Shown one piece after another: positions 1-12,900 of a stretch of DNA of 64,000 bases. This DNA is from Malacoraja senta (lineage: Eukaryota). The stretch covers positions 17,484,001 through 17,548,000 of the forward strand of contig CM075981.1 in assembly GCA_038087875.1 (NCBI GenBank), read 5' to 3'. Made by a program: the position numbers and the translations under genes. The notes under the pieces were generated by a model. It did no database searches, was not told the origin of the DNA, and saw nothing but the letters and a program-made list of their open reading frames with translations. How positions within the stretch are numbered: the stretch's first letter is position 1; the number at the start of each line of letters is the position of its first letter.

Positions 1-305
1 GGATGTTTTCACTTGTGGGAGAGTCCAGGACTAGAAGTCATAGCCTCAGAATTAAAGGAGATGAGGAGGGATTTATTTAGTCAGAGGATGATGAATCTGT
101 GGAATTATTTGCCACAGAAGGCTCTTTAGGCCAAGTCAATGGATATATTTAATGAGTTATATAGATTTCTGATTATGGGGAGAAGGCAGCGTAATTGTGT
201 TAGGAGGGAGAGGTAGATCAGCCATGATTAAATGGCGGATTAAACTTGATGGGCATAATGGTCTAATTTATCTTCTATCACATGATCTCATGATCTTATG
301 AATCA
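1..305 (+). mobile_element. CR1 LINE 3' end fragment
   Basis: Degenerate CR1 ORF2 C-terminus (..SRTRSHSLRIK.., gaatctgtggaatt motif), 3'UTR and short tandem tail (catgatct)n. Confidence 0.85.
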
Positions 306-479
306 TGTTCCTTCTTTATTACAAATATCTATAATCTCCACCTTAAAATATATCTATTGATCTGGATTCCTACGCCATTGCAGGAAGATAATGCCAGATA
401 TCCATTCCCTGTCCCTCCTTTCTTCCAAGTTTCCTCTCCTCTAGCAATCAGTCTGACAATTGGTCCCGACCCGAAACGT

Positions 480-820
480 CTCAGTTAATTCCTGTTGGAC
501 CCAGTCCGTTGTCTTCATTCTGGAATCATTGCTCACCTATATCCCATGTAAGTTATAGCAGGACAACCCTGTCCATTACTGACAACGCTAGGTGTGTGAG
601 GACTCCTGCAAGGTAAATATTGTAGTCCAGACCTGATTCGTTATATGTCATGGGACTGTCTCTATTTTGCAGGGTTGGTGCGTATAGATTATTCGCTGCA
701 GAATATAACATTGTTTTCAAAAACATTTAAAACGCTGTTTTAAAACCCGTTGAGTTTCATTTATTTTACATAACCAACTAGGAAACCGACTCTTCTGCAG
801 AGCGAGTCAGCGTAGACCGA
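480..820 (-). pseudogene. Possible extreme C-terminal fragment of RNF213-like pseudogene
   Basis: Minus-strand NESGLD resembles RNF213 C-terminal NQTGLD; position is co-linear with the other fragments; weak. Confidence 0.3.
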
Positions 821-834
821 TCATCAACTGCACA

Positions 835-1055
835 CTGGTAATGTCATCCTACACAATAGGTGCAATTTACAGAAGCCAAATAAGTTACAATATTGCACGG
901 CTTTGATATAAGGGAGGAATCCGGAAAACCCGAGGTAACCTACGCGTTCACCAGGAGAACGTAAAAAAAACCTACAGACAACAGCCGTGGTCACCATTGA
1001 ACCCAGGTCATTGGCGCTGTAAGGCAGCGACTCTACCGTTGCTCCGATGTGCCAA
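835..1055 (-). mobile_element. HE1-like tRNA-derived SINE (V-SINE type), decayed
   Basis: Reverse complement of the SINE at 2150-2465 (tRNA-like head with box B-like gggttcaat, central ttctcc..g.gggttt.ccgg core). Confidence 0.75.
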
Positions 1056-1139
1056 GACAGAGCCAACAGGCAGTTCCCATGCACATGCAAGTAAACTGCT
1101 ATCCATAATTCTATAGTCTGAAAGCTCATATATCAATTG

Positions 1140-1940
1140 GTGATCAATGCAACAGTAACTGTGAGGTGTTGCATATTGGCAGGTCGAATGTAAGAGGAAA
1201 ACGTATTTTTTAATAGCACGATCCTCTCAACATTGATGTATAGAAGGTCCTAGGCGTTTAAGTACACATCTCATTGACTGTAACAGCACAGTCGATTGAA
1301 TGGTAATGTACCCTTATGATAGGTTTGCATCATTCGTCGAAGTAATTAATAAAATAGTCAGCGGGTCATGAACCAGTTTGCACTTTCATAAGGTCGGATT
1401 TTGAGTATTAGGTCGAATTCTTTTCGTCTCGATACAGGAAAGATGTGAACTATTTCTACCGTTTGCAAAGTAGGTTTACCGGAATTCTGCCTGGATTAGA
1501 TGGTATTCGTTATAACCAGATGTTGGGTGCACGCCCACTGTTTTCTCTGGAACGCCGGAAGTTGATGGGAGACCTAATTTAAACATATAAATTAATGAGC
1601 AATAAATATCGCACAGCCATTACCGTTCCCCAGGTGGACATATCAAATATTAGAGCTTTAAGATTTCATGTTACAAGGGCGAGCTTTAAAGAGAATATGC
1701 AGGGCAAGGTTTTTAAACAGCAGATGGTGGATACCAGCGACACATTTCCAAGGACGGTAGTAGAACAAGATGCAATAAAAGCATTTCAAATGTTTTGGGT
1801 AGATAAAGGGATTTGCGGGGTACAGTTGGTTATGAAATATGCTCAGAGAGATAAGATTTAGTCTGGGAATCAGTTACGACACACACATTGTGGACCGAAT
1901 GGCATGCTGATTCGCTGTAATGTTCTATGTTATATGTTCT
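1140..1940 (+). mobile_element. Old CR1 LINE, 3' part of RT and 3'UTR
   Basis: tgtgaggtgttgcat (CEVLH) motif, C-terminal ORF2 remnants, tail (tgttcta)n at ~1920-1940. Confidence 0.75.
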
Positions 1941-1944
1941 ATTA

Positions 1945-2145
1945 GAAGCGAAAACATGCCGTCATAGCGCAAGACAGAATTGCCTCCGTTATTCCGAAAC
2001 ATGGTCGCTATGTTGAACATGGCAAGGTACCTTTGAAATGCAGTGTTCCGCACTTGCTTACGACGCTATGTTCGACTAAGTATGGGATATACTACGGAAT
2101 GTCGTTGTTGTCTGGACGGGCATTGGCGAATCCACGAGTGTCAGA
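1945..2145 (-). pseudogene. Probable RNF213-like C-terminal fragment
   Basis: Unique AT-rich spacer between TE insertions, co-linear with the 2470-3215 fragment; only weak motif similarity. Confidence 0.3.
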
Positions 2146-2149
2146 CAAA

Positions 2150-2465
2150 TGGGGCGGCAGAGAGGCGCAGCATTAGATTTGCTGCTATACTGCGCCAGAC
2201 ACCCTGGTTCGATACTGTCTACGGGTGCTGTTTTAGTGAATTTGAACCTGCTCCCTGTGACCGCGTGCGTTTTCTCCGGCTGCGCCGGTTTCCACCCACA
2301 CACTAAAGATGTACAGGTTTATAGGTTAATTGTCATCGGAAAATTGGGCCGAGTGTGACCGCATCGATTTGGTGAACCGGTGGTCGCTGATCGACGTGGA
2401 TCGGTGGGGCGAAGTGCTTGTTTTAATGCTGGATCTCGAAACTAATTAAATAAAACTGAACTAAG
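2150..2465 (+). mobile_element. HE1-like tRNA-derived SINE
   Basis: ggcgcagc..ggttcgat tRNA-like head, ctccctgtgaccgcgtgcgttttctccgg core, CR1-like 3' end with (aact)-type tail. Confidence 0.8.
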
Positions 2466-2469
2466 CTGT

Positions 2470-3215
2470 GCCACCTCAAATATTGAATGAACGCTGCTAA
2501 AATTGGAAGATGACGAAACGAAAAGGGATCGTTATTTTCGGTGAATGGAAGGCTGAATTATCAGCCACGATATTGAAATTTGCATTGTGTATATCTGTGA
2601 ATCCGTACAAATTATATCAACATTGAAGACTCACTTCAAATTACGCTGTTCTTGGAAATTCTCCAACATTTTGCATTTGCCAGATGCTCAAAATTGAGGG
2701 GCATAACTTGGTACCATATCCTGCATGCAATGGAGTGGAGACGCATGGCTTGAGCTTCAATTGGGTTTTGTTTCCCAGCATATAACAAACATGTCTCTAT
2801 CCGTAGGTAGTTTCCTGATACTTTCGGGAAAAGACATCTTCCAGATTGCGAAATCTAAGAATGAAACTGGTGTTCTTATTGAATCGTCCACTGAATAGCG
2901 TGTGGTTGTGTTTTCGAATAAATAATTATGTGAATTTGCCAATATTATATTAGAGCAAAACGACCAGATCCCCAACATTATATTGCGGCAAACAAACAAC
3001 AAATATAATTATAAACAAGAACGAATTTCCATTATTCCAGGATATAACTCCTCACTTTACGCTTCAAATCAATTATCATAACATGAAGGTTCATATTCCT
3101 CAGTATTGGAAATATTGGCCTCGTTTGCTTGCGTGGAAGTCTATTCATTTTCAATTCTTTCTGAATATAGATCGTATCTTGCTCGTTAAACCAGAGTTGT
3201 TAAGCAGACTATTGA
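2470..3215 (-). pseudogene. RNF213: RNF213-like pseudogene fragment (E3 core / C-terminal domain)
   Basis: ORF 2757..3002 GIWSFCSNIILANSHNYL ~ RNF213 GLGLCATALVSYLIRLHNEI; DRDMF ~ ERDL; then GYGT..NFEHL ~ GRET..FDLEKI; frameshifts and stops. Confidence 0.6.
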
Positions 3216-3469
3216 TTGCAGTCACAGAAGGACCGTAGAACAAGGCAAAATGCAAATTCGTCGTCACGAAGCAGCATCATTGGCGAGCACACCACATTAC
3301 ATTTCACTTCTCCGCACATCAATATCTCTATACTCACCAATGACATCGAGTGCGGTTCTCACAATGACTTCACCAACGATCACATTAACGTAAAATTAGA
3401 ACTGAAGCCAGTCATCTTAGGCATTTTTTTAGGCAGAGAACGACTGTCCGTCAGAGACTCCAAGACTGT

Positions 3470-5365
3470 GCAACCTCTCCCTACAGCGCTGGGCCTCAGG
3501 CAACGCCAACATCCTCGTACGGCCTAGCTGCACCATTTCCAACGTATTTCCTATAACATGGCGCCTAAACCTGAACATAATACTCTAAATGCGGCCTCGC
3601 CAACGTGATATACAAAAGTAACATGACCTCCCAACCTCCATATTCAATGCTCTGACGAATAACGATTAATGTGTCGACGCCTTTTTGAACACACTAACTA
3701 CCTGTGATACCACTATCAATTAACTATGTACCTGTACACCTAGATTTCCAAAACCCTCCCACCAAAGGCCTACCGTTCCCCTTGTAGGTTCTGCCCAAAT
3801 TAGTGCACCCAAAGTGCAACTCCTCACATTTTTGTGTATTAAATTTCATCAAGTATTCCTTATCCCAACTGCACAATCGATCAATATGCCTCTGCACATT
3901 TTGACAACCATATTCACCATCTACAATACCACCTATAGTTTGTATCATCTGCAAACGTGCTAACCATGCGTTCTCTTCCAAATAATTGATATCAATGACA
4001 AAGAGCAATGGGCCAAGCACCGAACCCTGAGGCACACCACACGTCACAATCCTAAGTATGAAAATCAACCGTGTGCCATCACACTCTGCTTCCTTCCAGA
4101 AGGCCTATGTCCTATTAATTCAGCTATCTCTCCTTCAGTCCCATGGTAGCTAACATTCCAAAGCAGGCTACCATGATGAATCTTGTTGAATGCCTTGCTG
4201 AAATCCATGCATACATCTTCTACAGCTTCGCCACCATCGACCGTTTTGGTCACATCCTCAAACTCTCACCATATTCATGAGGCACCACCTCCTACGTACA
4301 GAACCACGATGGTTTCCCTAATTAGCCCTTGTCCATCTAAGTGCATGTATATCCTATCCCTGAGAATACACGCTATGAACTTTCCGACCGTAGATGTTCT
4401 CACTGGCCCGTATTTCCCACCCTTTATTCTCTACAGCCCTTCTTGAATAGGGGCACAACATCTGCCTCCCTCGAGACTTCCGACTCCTCGCCTGTATTTA
4501 ATGACGACTCACAAATCCCGTCGAGGACTCCTGCAATCCCCTCTGTAGCTTCCCACGGTATCATTGGATATATATGATCAGGTCCAGGAGATAGGTATTT
4601 TATACGCGTCCGGTCCTTCAGCACCTCTGTGACAGTGATGCTGCCTGTCTCAAGACACATTCAGTGACTACCACAAGTTCTTGCGTCCTAATCTCCGTCT
4701 CCACGGAAAAAAAACTTCCCATGCCCATACGATGTGGTTCCACAGATACATGATCGCTTTAATTCCTGGGGGGTCCCTATGTCACCCTGGCCACCATTTG
4801 TACCCTTTCTTGTACTTTTAACTATCTTGAGATTATCCTTAATTCTAACAGCCAGAGATATCTCCAGTCCCCTTCTTGCACTTCTGATTTCCTTTTTTAG
4901 CTTACTCCTTAGTTCCCAATAGTCCTCCGGGGATACATTTCATCCCGGATGCATATACCTGTGCCAAAACTCTTTCTTACTCTCGGCAGAGCTTTAATTT
5001 CCCTCGTCATCCAAGCTGCCTTACGTTTGCATGCCTTCCGCTTCACTATAAAAATGCAAAGTATGACACCAACTCTTGTCAGCACATTTTAAATGTATTC
5101 AATTTTCCCGACGTTCGTTTTCTATCAAATAACCTACTCCAATCAACTTGTGCGAGTTCCTATCTCATACCAATAACGATTTTTCGTTCCCAAACTGATA
5201 ATTTTAACTCGTTGACCAGCTCAGTCCCTATCAGCATATATCATAATGTTAATACAACAGTGGTCGCTGGTCCAAATATGCTGATCCACGAACATTTCAT
5301 CCACTTGCCCATCCAAATTTCCCATGACTAGATCAAGCGTTGCCCTCTCCCATGTAGCGCCCTCA
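3470..5365 (-). mobile_element. Old CR1 LINE ORF2 (end of EN, linker, RT)
   Basis: ORFs give GVPQGSVLGPLLF, MDFSKAF, SPGPDHIYP, DVVPLFKKG, LDLVMGN..SDH. Confidence 0.9.
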
Positions 5366-5891
5366 ACACAGTCCACGGAATCGACGGAGCCCGGGTTGAC
5401 AGAGCCCGCGGCTGGGGCCTTTGTCGACGGAACCCGCGGCTGGGGCTTTTGTCGACGGAACATGCAGCTGGGGCCTGGGTCGGTACCACGGAAGCGCCCG
5501 GAGACGACTTGGCAGCGGTAGTGGAGAGTTCGGTTCCGCGGTTGATGATGACGCCGACCGACGGATGAGGACGGGCCATTCGGTAGTAAGGGCGCCGCTA
5601 CTGTGGTCCTTTGGCTTGCAGCCGACGCCAACTTTCGGGTAGGTGGCGTTTCGACATGCGGCCATTCGGTAAGTTTGCGTTTAGGCGACGCAGCGTTTCG
5701 GTTCATTTGGCTTTTAGGCGTCCCGCCCTTTCCGTTAGTTTGCATTTAAGCGTGCCATCCATTCGGTTAGTAGGCGTTTCGTCTTCGGAATATTTCGTTT
5801 TTTTGGCATTTCGGCTTCAGTTCCATTCGTTTTTTTCGCTTCGACTTCTTTGCTTCGGGCTCTCGTCCGTCGGCGCCACGTCCGCACACGG
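5366..5891. mobile_element. One-ended copy of long-TIR non-autonomous DNA element
   Basis: 5640-5891 matches the arm at ~31450-31697 and ends identically (ggcgccacgtccgcacacgg); short tandem repeats (gtcgacggaa..gctggggc) at 5385-5475. Confidence 0.75.
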
Positions 5892-8800
5892 AATTTCACA
5901 ATGGCTTATCACGTGACAATAATGTATTAATTCATTCAATACAAAAATAATGTACTGCTAAAGTTATTTGTTTTCCATTTTCTATTCCGTATACATTGTC
6001 AAATCATGTTTTCTGGTTCCAATTCAGGCGGCTATTATTTCCTTCTATGTTTTAAATTATCTGGGCGAATGCATTACAAGGAGACGTGGAAACCACTCCA
6101 CTATCCCAGCGCTACTGAATTGCACTGCGCTCCTTCGGAATATATATTTTCCTTTATTCAACGAATTTCGTCGAATGTTCTCTATAATGTGTTGTCATAC
6201 TGCTGTTAACTAACATTGCCACCATTCCGGTAGATCAGCATGCATTATCTAATAAAGTGCAGTAAATAATATTGAAATAATAAAGTAAGTACTTTAATGA
6301 ATTTAAAGGTATAGTATTACAAGTAGTTTTACATTACACTGGAGCGCTCGTTATAAATTATTGACTTCATTTGTTGAACAAGTTTGCCGGCGTTCTTCTA
6401 ATGTTGCTAATAAAATGGGTGCACATACAGTTTAGGTTTCGTTTAGCTGCGGTAAAATTAGCTCCACCTCCCCATAACAGTTTTAAAATCTTGGTCACTC
6501 AGAAACTGAATTTCCATTATTCTGGTAATGGGTTAAAAATAAATACATGTGTCATCTGGCCTTCACGCCATTTGCTCAAAGGTTACCGAATCAGCGAGGT
6601 GCAGGGTAGATAATGTGGTCCGGCGCTTATCGCAGATACATTGTTCTTCTATTGAAACTACATTATATTATACACATCGGGAATCATTTATGAGCAATAA
6701 TGTCTCTGTTGAATAAAACGGAAACAAATAGCAAGTTGTATTGTTCCATTCAATCCTCCAGAATTAGCTGCTATGTGCCTGTATAAAATGTGCCATGGAC
6801 CATTACAAATATAACCAACTTGTCAGCTCCTATTCCAATATTTCACGTAATTTGGATTGGATCCACTTTGGTAAAATGAGTCGCAATAGCTTCTGTCCGA
6901 TGAGACAATTATCACGTAAAAAGATAAAGCACATCGTTGAAATTAGGCAGTTATTTATCTTATTTCGAACAACATGCAGCATGCTTGATTGTTACCTCTT
7001 CTGCCAGTTCTGGAAGCTGATTCTAAGACGATGTAAAGGAACATAATCATTCCTCAAAAGCAGTGGTTTTGTGAATCGTTGCTTACGCACATTGATAAAT
7101 ATGTCATGATATTTTGAGTTCATGCCTGTTGTCCACTGCGCATTCCAAATTGAATTAATCTATCAAACAAAATGGACTGTATCAATTTGCGTCCGCTGCT
7201 CTGGTGCCCAGCATTCACAAAATGTTCAGTTTCGTTGCCATCGCTATTGCATCAATCCTTGAGATCCACTGACACTAGGTGGGTTGTGTGCTATTTGAAA
7301 CCTNNNNNNNNNNNNNNNNNNNNNNNNNNNNNNNNNNNNNNNNNNNNNNNNNNNNNNNNNNNNNNNNNNNNNNNNNNNNNNNNNNNNNNNNNNNNNNNNN
7401 NNNNNNNNNNNNNNNNNNNNNNNNNNNNNNNNNNNNNNNNNNNNNNNNNNNNNNNNNNNNNNNNNNNNNNNNNNNNNNNNNNNNNNNNNNNNNNNNNNNN
7501 NNNNNNNNNNNNNNNNNNNNNNNNNNNNNNNNNNNNNNNNNNNNNNNNNNNNNNNNNNNNNNNNNNNNNNNNNNNNNNNGCCGCATTTCTATCATCATCA
7601 ACAACTTCAGCATCGCCCTAATTTTTCGAGATGCCGCATATACCAAATATATTATATGTTATGCCAAAATCTCGTCAACACCTTCCCCATCCGAAATAAC
7701 AACATATTACTTTCGCTAGTTTCTTCTTGCTTATATACATTCCGAAAAATTGCGAACATGTCTGTGCAATTCCACTTGCCCAACTGTTGAAGCTTTTGCA
7801 ACAGTTCATTGATTTCTGAAACAAAAAATGTATATATTTGCCTGTCGGTCACAATTTTCTTCACTTATTAAAATTTTCAAAATATTCAGTCGGGTGTGCA
7901 GGTTAGGCTGTAATTTACCAAAAACGAAACCGCTAATATTCGAAACCTTATTCACAAAATACTTGTCTTTCGCGCCATAAAACGGAATTGTGGATGGCTT
8001 TGGTTAATGTATCAGTATGTACGTTTATACAGCATACAGTACAACATAGCTCCTCAGCAAGTACGCTAATAATGCCATGCAACACATCGGACGAACATGC
8101 ATTGAATAATGCATGCAGATAATTGTACACGTTTCATTGCATAACTTATTGTTGGAACTGTAATTTGTTGGATAGAAGTAAGTTACAAGAACGTCACACT
8201 CTATTAGCCTTGGGAATAAAGGCCGGAATTCAAGCCATATATTTCAGAATCATAATCATAAGCAGAAGCGCCACTAAATGCAGGTTTTATACATGTTGGC
8301 AACATTTGCTAATAGGTATCTTACCTGTATCCTTGTTTTTCAATTCGTCGTCTACTGTAATTGAACACCATACTTTCACCAAATATATGAATCTAAAAAT
8401 TTCTGGAAACATTACCTCACTAAAAGAGGTATGATGTTCGGACCATAACTTTATATCAACACTTTGTCCAACAGCCACCAGTCAGTAATGAGGAGATGCA
8501 CATGAACTATTATTTCCCGCCTGTGGTCTAGAAGATCAATAAAGCATTCGGAGGCATGCCTGTGTACACACGCTAGGGCGCATTCGGTCAAATTAGTTTG
8601 ATTTACGTAGGTTCATTAGAACAAAAGCAAACATTTGTCCCAAGTCCATCTTCGGTACATTCCTTGCACTGTTTCACTTTATTTCATTAATCTCAACAGA
8701 ATCCATAAACAAAAAACTATCACGATTTGCCCTTCGTGTGGTCATACTGCGCCTTCAGAATAGCCACATTTATCTTGTTGACTCAAACAGTTGTCAGGAA

Positions 8801-9615
8801 TTTACAATTTATTCAACGATTTGGGTAAATAATATTTCTGAATCCAACATAGGATTCGAATGTGCCAATTGCATACCGACTCTCTCTGATACCTCCTCGT
8901 TTATAGAACAGTTATCTGTCATTACTCACATAAAATGAGTCAAGATTTTGGAGACATTAATTTGATCCTTAAGAGAGCAACAATGCTGACCGTGTTCAGC
9001 AGGCGTTTAATTGATGGAAGGTGTTTATCTGCCGGCAAATTAATGAACGTTGGTCGCAACTGGCGGAAAAGGCCGACGTCAACGAAGGTGATTTGGAGAA
9101 ACAGATAGTCGCATTGCTGGTATGAGCAAGACTGAATACTTTTCGTTAAGCATTGATGGGGCTAAGTGACGAACTGTGTCGGAAGCAAACAAATCATGGT
9201 ACCACTAATATAATTGACGCAGGTTGCATATCGGGAATATTTAAGTTATCATCACGCCAAAAATAACTATTAGAATTTAACTAATTATCTAACTTTCCAC
9301 TGTTCTACGCACGGAAATATATCCAACATGGGCAAGGGTATCACTTAAACTTGTTTTTATATAGAACAGAAATTGACATTCCGACTAAGTTGGTAAATGA
9401 TTGTAGCCTTATGTTGCCTGAAAAGAGTGCAATTATATCCCGCGGTATGATGTTTCAAACCAGTGAGGAAGCTTTGAATATATATGCACAACAAATTATT
9501 CCATTAAATAATAATAGTTGGTGTAGAAATAAAGCAAACCCTTTAGATGTCAGGGAAATCACACACATGTTGACAAAACAAGCAAATAAGATTGGAATAA
9601 TTGAGATTTTAATTA
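5892..9615 (-). pseudogene. RNF213: RNF213-like pseudogene: RING, E3 shell/core and RZ finger region
   Basis: In RNF213 order: QCKECTE (~8660) ~ ECKETA; CALACVHRHASEC (8544-8582) ~ CLPCDHVHCLRC; FIYLVKVWC ~ FVDLVSTIC; YLHALFNACSSDVL ~ ELYMLFINCLEDSI; LLQKLQQL..FRNVYKQ ~ YLQQVKQF..VRKLSSQ; YLVY (~7645) = YLVY; YICNG..ANSGG/MEQ (~6730-6815) ~ RZ finger YTCPNGH..GECG..MEQ; AFAQII ~ PVAKII. Confidence 0.75.
7304..7579. other. Assembly gap (N run)
   Basis: Run of n. Confidence 1.
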
Positions 9616-9934
9616 GATATGTCTTCACTGAAGAAGACACAAACAATTCAGCAGATGTACTTTTGGCCAGAGGACCTAGGGTGTCGGAGGAACTGAAGGA
9701 AATTCACATCAGGAATGAAATGGTGTTGGGTAGACTGATGAGATTGAAGGCTGATAAATACACGGGTACTGAATGTCTGCATGCCAGGGTACGTAAGAAG
9801 GTGCCTCTAGAAAACGTGGACGCATTGCTGAACATTTTCCAATGATCTATCGATTCAGGATCAGTTCCTGTGGATTGGAGGGTAGCTAATGTTATCCCAC
9901 ATTTTAAAAAGGGAGCGAGATAGAAAGCAGGGAA

Positions 9935-12900
9935 TTTTACTTCGGAGTCACGTGAGTGACTACGTGCACAACCCGCCAGTTCCCATGCGGGGCATTACGT
10001 CTAACGCATGGCGCAACGACAGGCCCGTCGCTCCTCCAGCGGTAGGTTTCAAACCTGAAGGTAAGTTTCGAACTTATATTTCAGGCTGTGCTTTTTCCTC
10101 CAAGAAGCTCTTTTATAGAGTTCCTGCTGAATGTCGTTCCAGAGAATCCCGGCTTCGCGTGGGGAACCCCTGCTCGGGAAAACCCGGCTGCGGAGACCAT
10201 GGGGAATCCCGGCTCCGCGTGGGGTAGCCCTGCTCGGGGAAATCCGGCTGCGGAGATCGCGGGGGATCCCGGCTCCGTGCGGAGACCCGGCTCGGCAGGC
10301 CGGTTGACTCAGATAAGTTCGGCCGTGAGGGTTCGCCTCCTGCAGTGGGGAGCATCCTGAGCATCTCATTGAAAAAATGCTCTACCATGATATACTCCAA
10401 GGAACGGAGTCATATCAGCGCGGGTCTCGGGGACCCGCAGCAGCGCCTGGTGCAGGGCTGCATTATATCTCCATCTCTGAGGAGGGAAGCGTAGGCAGTC
10501 AGTTTTAAGCAGACTCGCAGTCCGGTAGTGTCGGAGGGGGGGGGGACATTCCACAACACGCCAGCTGCGTGAAGAAAAATGAGGTTTCTCCTACATAGGC
10601 ATCCCACTGAGGAGATGCTCCATCCTGATATGGTCCGTGCACGGGGCCATATCAGCGCAGGTCTTGTCGCGGACCTGCAGCAACGCCTGTTGCAGGGCTG
10701 CATTATATCCACCTCTCTGAGGAGGGGAGCGTATGCAGTATGTCCGTGGAATATACGGGAGAGCATGCGTGAGGTTGAAGAACTCTGTCACGACATCAAG
10801 GGTTCCGATATCCACGCAAACGTAAGAGCTGCTGCAAGGAAGAATTGGCTTCCAGCCTATGGCAGAGTTTCCCCTCACATTGCAAGCTCGGTAAGCATCA
10901 GTGACCTCACGTCACATCACTACAGGAACAAAGTGCTGGCAGTGTAGAGCGCTATCTGGGGAGACAATGGATGGCGAGGCCAGCAATTTCCAGCCTTGGA
11001 GAAGACCTAGCCAAACAGGTAAAAATCCTGGATGAGGAACTAAAGCTGTCGGACTAGTCAAGGTACCTACGACGAGCAAAATCCTTACCGTTTCGGCGAC
11101 AACACCCCTACACCTCCATCGGCAGTAAGTGGTTCACTGAAGTTGGTGGCAGCTTGAAAGGTGATTCTCTGGGCAGAGGTCTTTCAGGCCAAGGCCCAAG
11201 CCGGCCCTGACGAAAATGTGCAATCCACGACCCCGGCAATCATATCCTCCTAGAACCTGAGGACGGAAATGAACCCGCACCAGGGGCCGTTGGGCTTACC
11301 ACAAGACCACCGGTAACCATGAAGGTAGGCGGGTCTGGTTCATTCCGAAACACGGGGTGTGTGGACAAGTTACGAGTTGGTAATACATTACACTTGTTTT
11401 GCACGAATGTCGACGGATAACTTCAGATCCGTTTATAACTGAAAAGATAACATCAGATCAGTTTATGCTGCACAGTATCCAATATTCCAAATTGAATGTC
11501 CTTTAATTCATTGCCATCCATACAATATACACCAAATTGGACATCTATTCAGTTCCAACAAAAATGTTTGGGTATACAAGCAGATATCCAAACAAGCGAA
11601 AGATGGATGATGCCGGATCACCCTTGATAAACTCACATTCACATGTGCAGTATAGATATTTTAGAATGGAAAACATCGTTAATGGCTAACAACTGATTTC
11701 CATAGGATATGTTATGGCATGCATCGATCTCAAAGATGCATACTATTCGGTTGCTATTCACAGGGTTCAGCGGAGATATTTGAAATTTAGCTGGATGGGC
11801 AACGGTAGCAGTTAAAGCGTTGCAAAATGGGCTAACTTCAGCATCCCAGGTTTTACCAAATTACCAAGCCAGTGCTTGGGCTGCTCAATGCTCAAAAATA
11901 CATATTCATGGCCTACCTGGACGATATTCTAAAAACGCTGAATCTTGCTAAATTAGCTGTTTCAGCCGCAAAACTAACTTTTGAGAAATTGGGGTTTCTC
12001 AACCATCCAGTTAAATTTAAGTTGATACCAACTAGAGTTATAGAATGCGATTTACCTTTAACTCTATTAATTGTCTGTGACTCCGCCCTTGGGCAAGAGA
12101 TTTGAATTAATGGAAACTTGTAACAATCTTGTTGTTTATTCATCATGTGGCCAGTGTAATTGGCAATTTAGTGGCTGTTTTTTCAGCTGCGTGATTAAGG
12201 CCTTTGCATTATCAGAACTCACATCGTGCAAAGGAGCAAACTTTCAAATACCATGTAGGTCATTGTTAACAGACCTATGCTATTACCAGCTGAAGCTATC
12301 AAGTCACAATGATGGACAAACAGTATTCTGCTTTGCTCCAGTACTTTTCGTCATTAAACCTTCAATTATATTTCAAACTGATGCTAGTGCTCAAAGCTGG
12401 TAAATTTCTATACCATCTCTAGTCACAGAGGCGGATGGGATGTGCATGAGTTGCCAATCCCTCAGTTATATGGTATCAAATACCTAAAATCACTGGCTGC
12501 GTTTTATGGGTTAAAGGCTTATTGTGCGAATATGCATATCTGCATGCTCAACTACAAGTTGACAGAATACGGTGGTGGCATATATTAATCACATGGGTGC
12601 AATCAAGTCAATATCCTGTGATAGTTTACCTAACCTCATTTGGCGTTGGTGTATCATCACGTAAATCAATTACAACACAGAATAGATGTTGGATCACAAA
12701 GTATTTAATGACATGGTGGCTCGATGGAACACCAAATATCGATTTGTTTGCATCTAGTCTCAATCACCAGTGGCAGAAATATCTGGCATGGCGGCCATTC
12801 TAAAGGGCAGTGGCGATGGATGCATTCTCGCTACACTGGGGAGGAATGTTCTTTATGTACTTCCTCCATTTTGCCTCATCAGTCGGTGCTTGCTTAGAAT

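Noticed and set aside
5221-5916. Cluster of GC-rich ORFs
   Set aside because: Read-through from the TIR element into CR1; non-coding repeat.
7652-7864. VWA-domain exon (ISDG motif)
   Set aside because: Neighbouring motifs fit the RNF213 order better; no splice structure.
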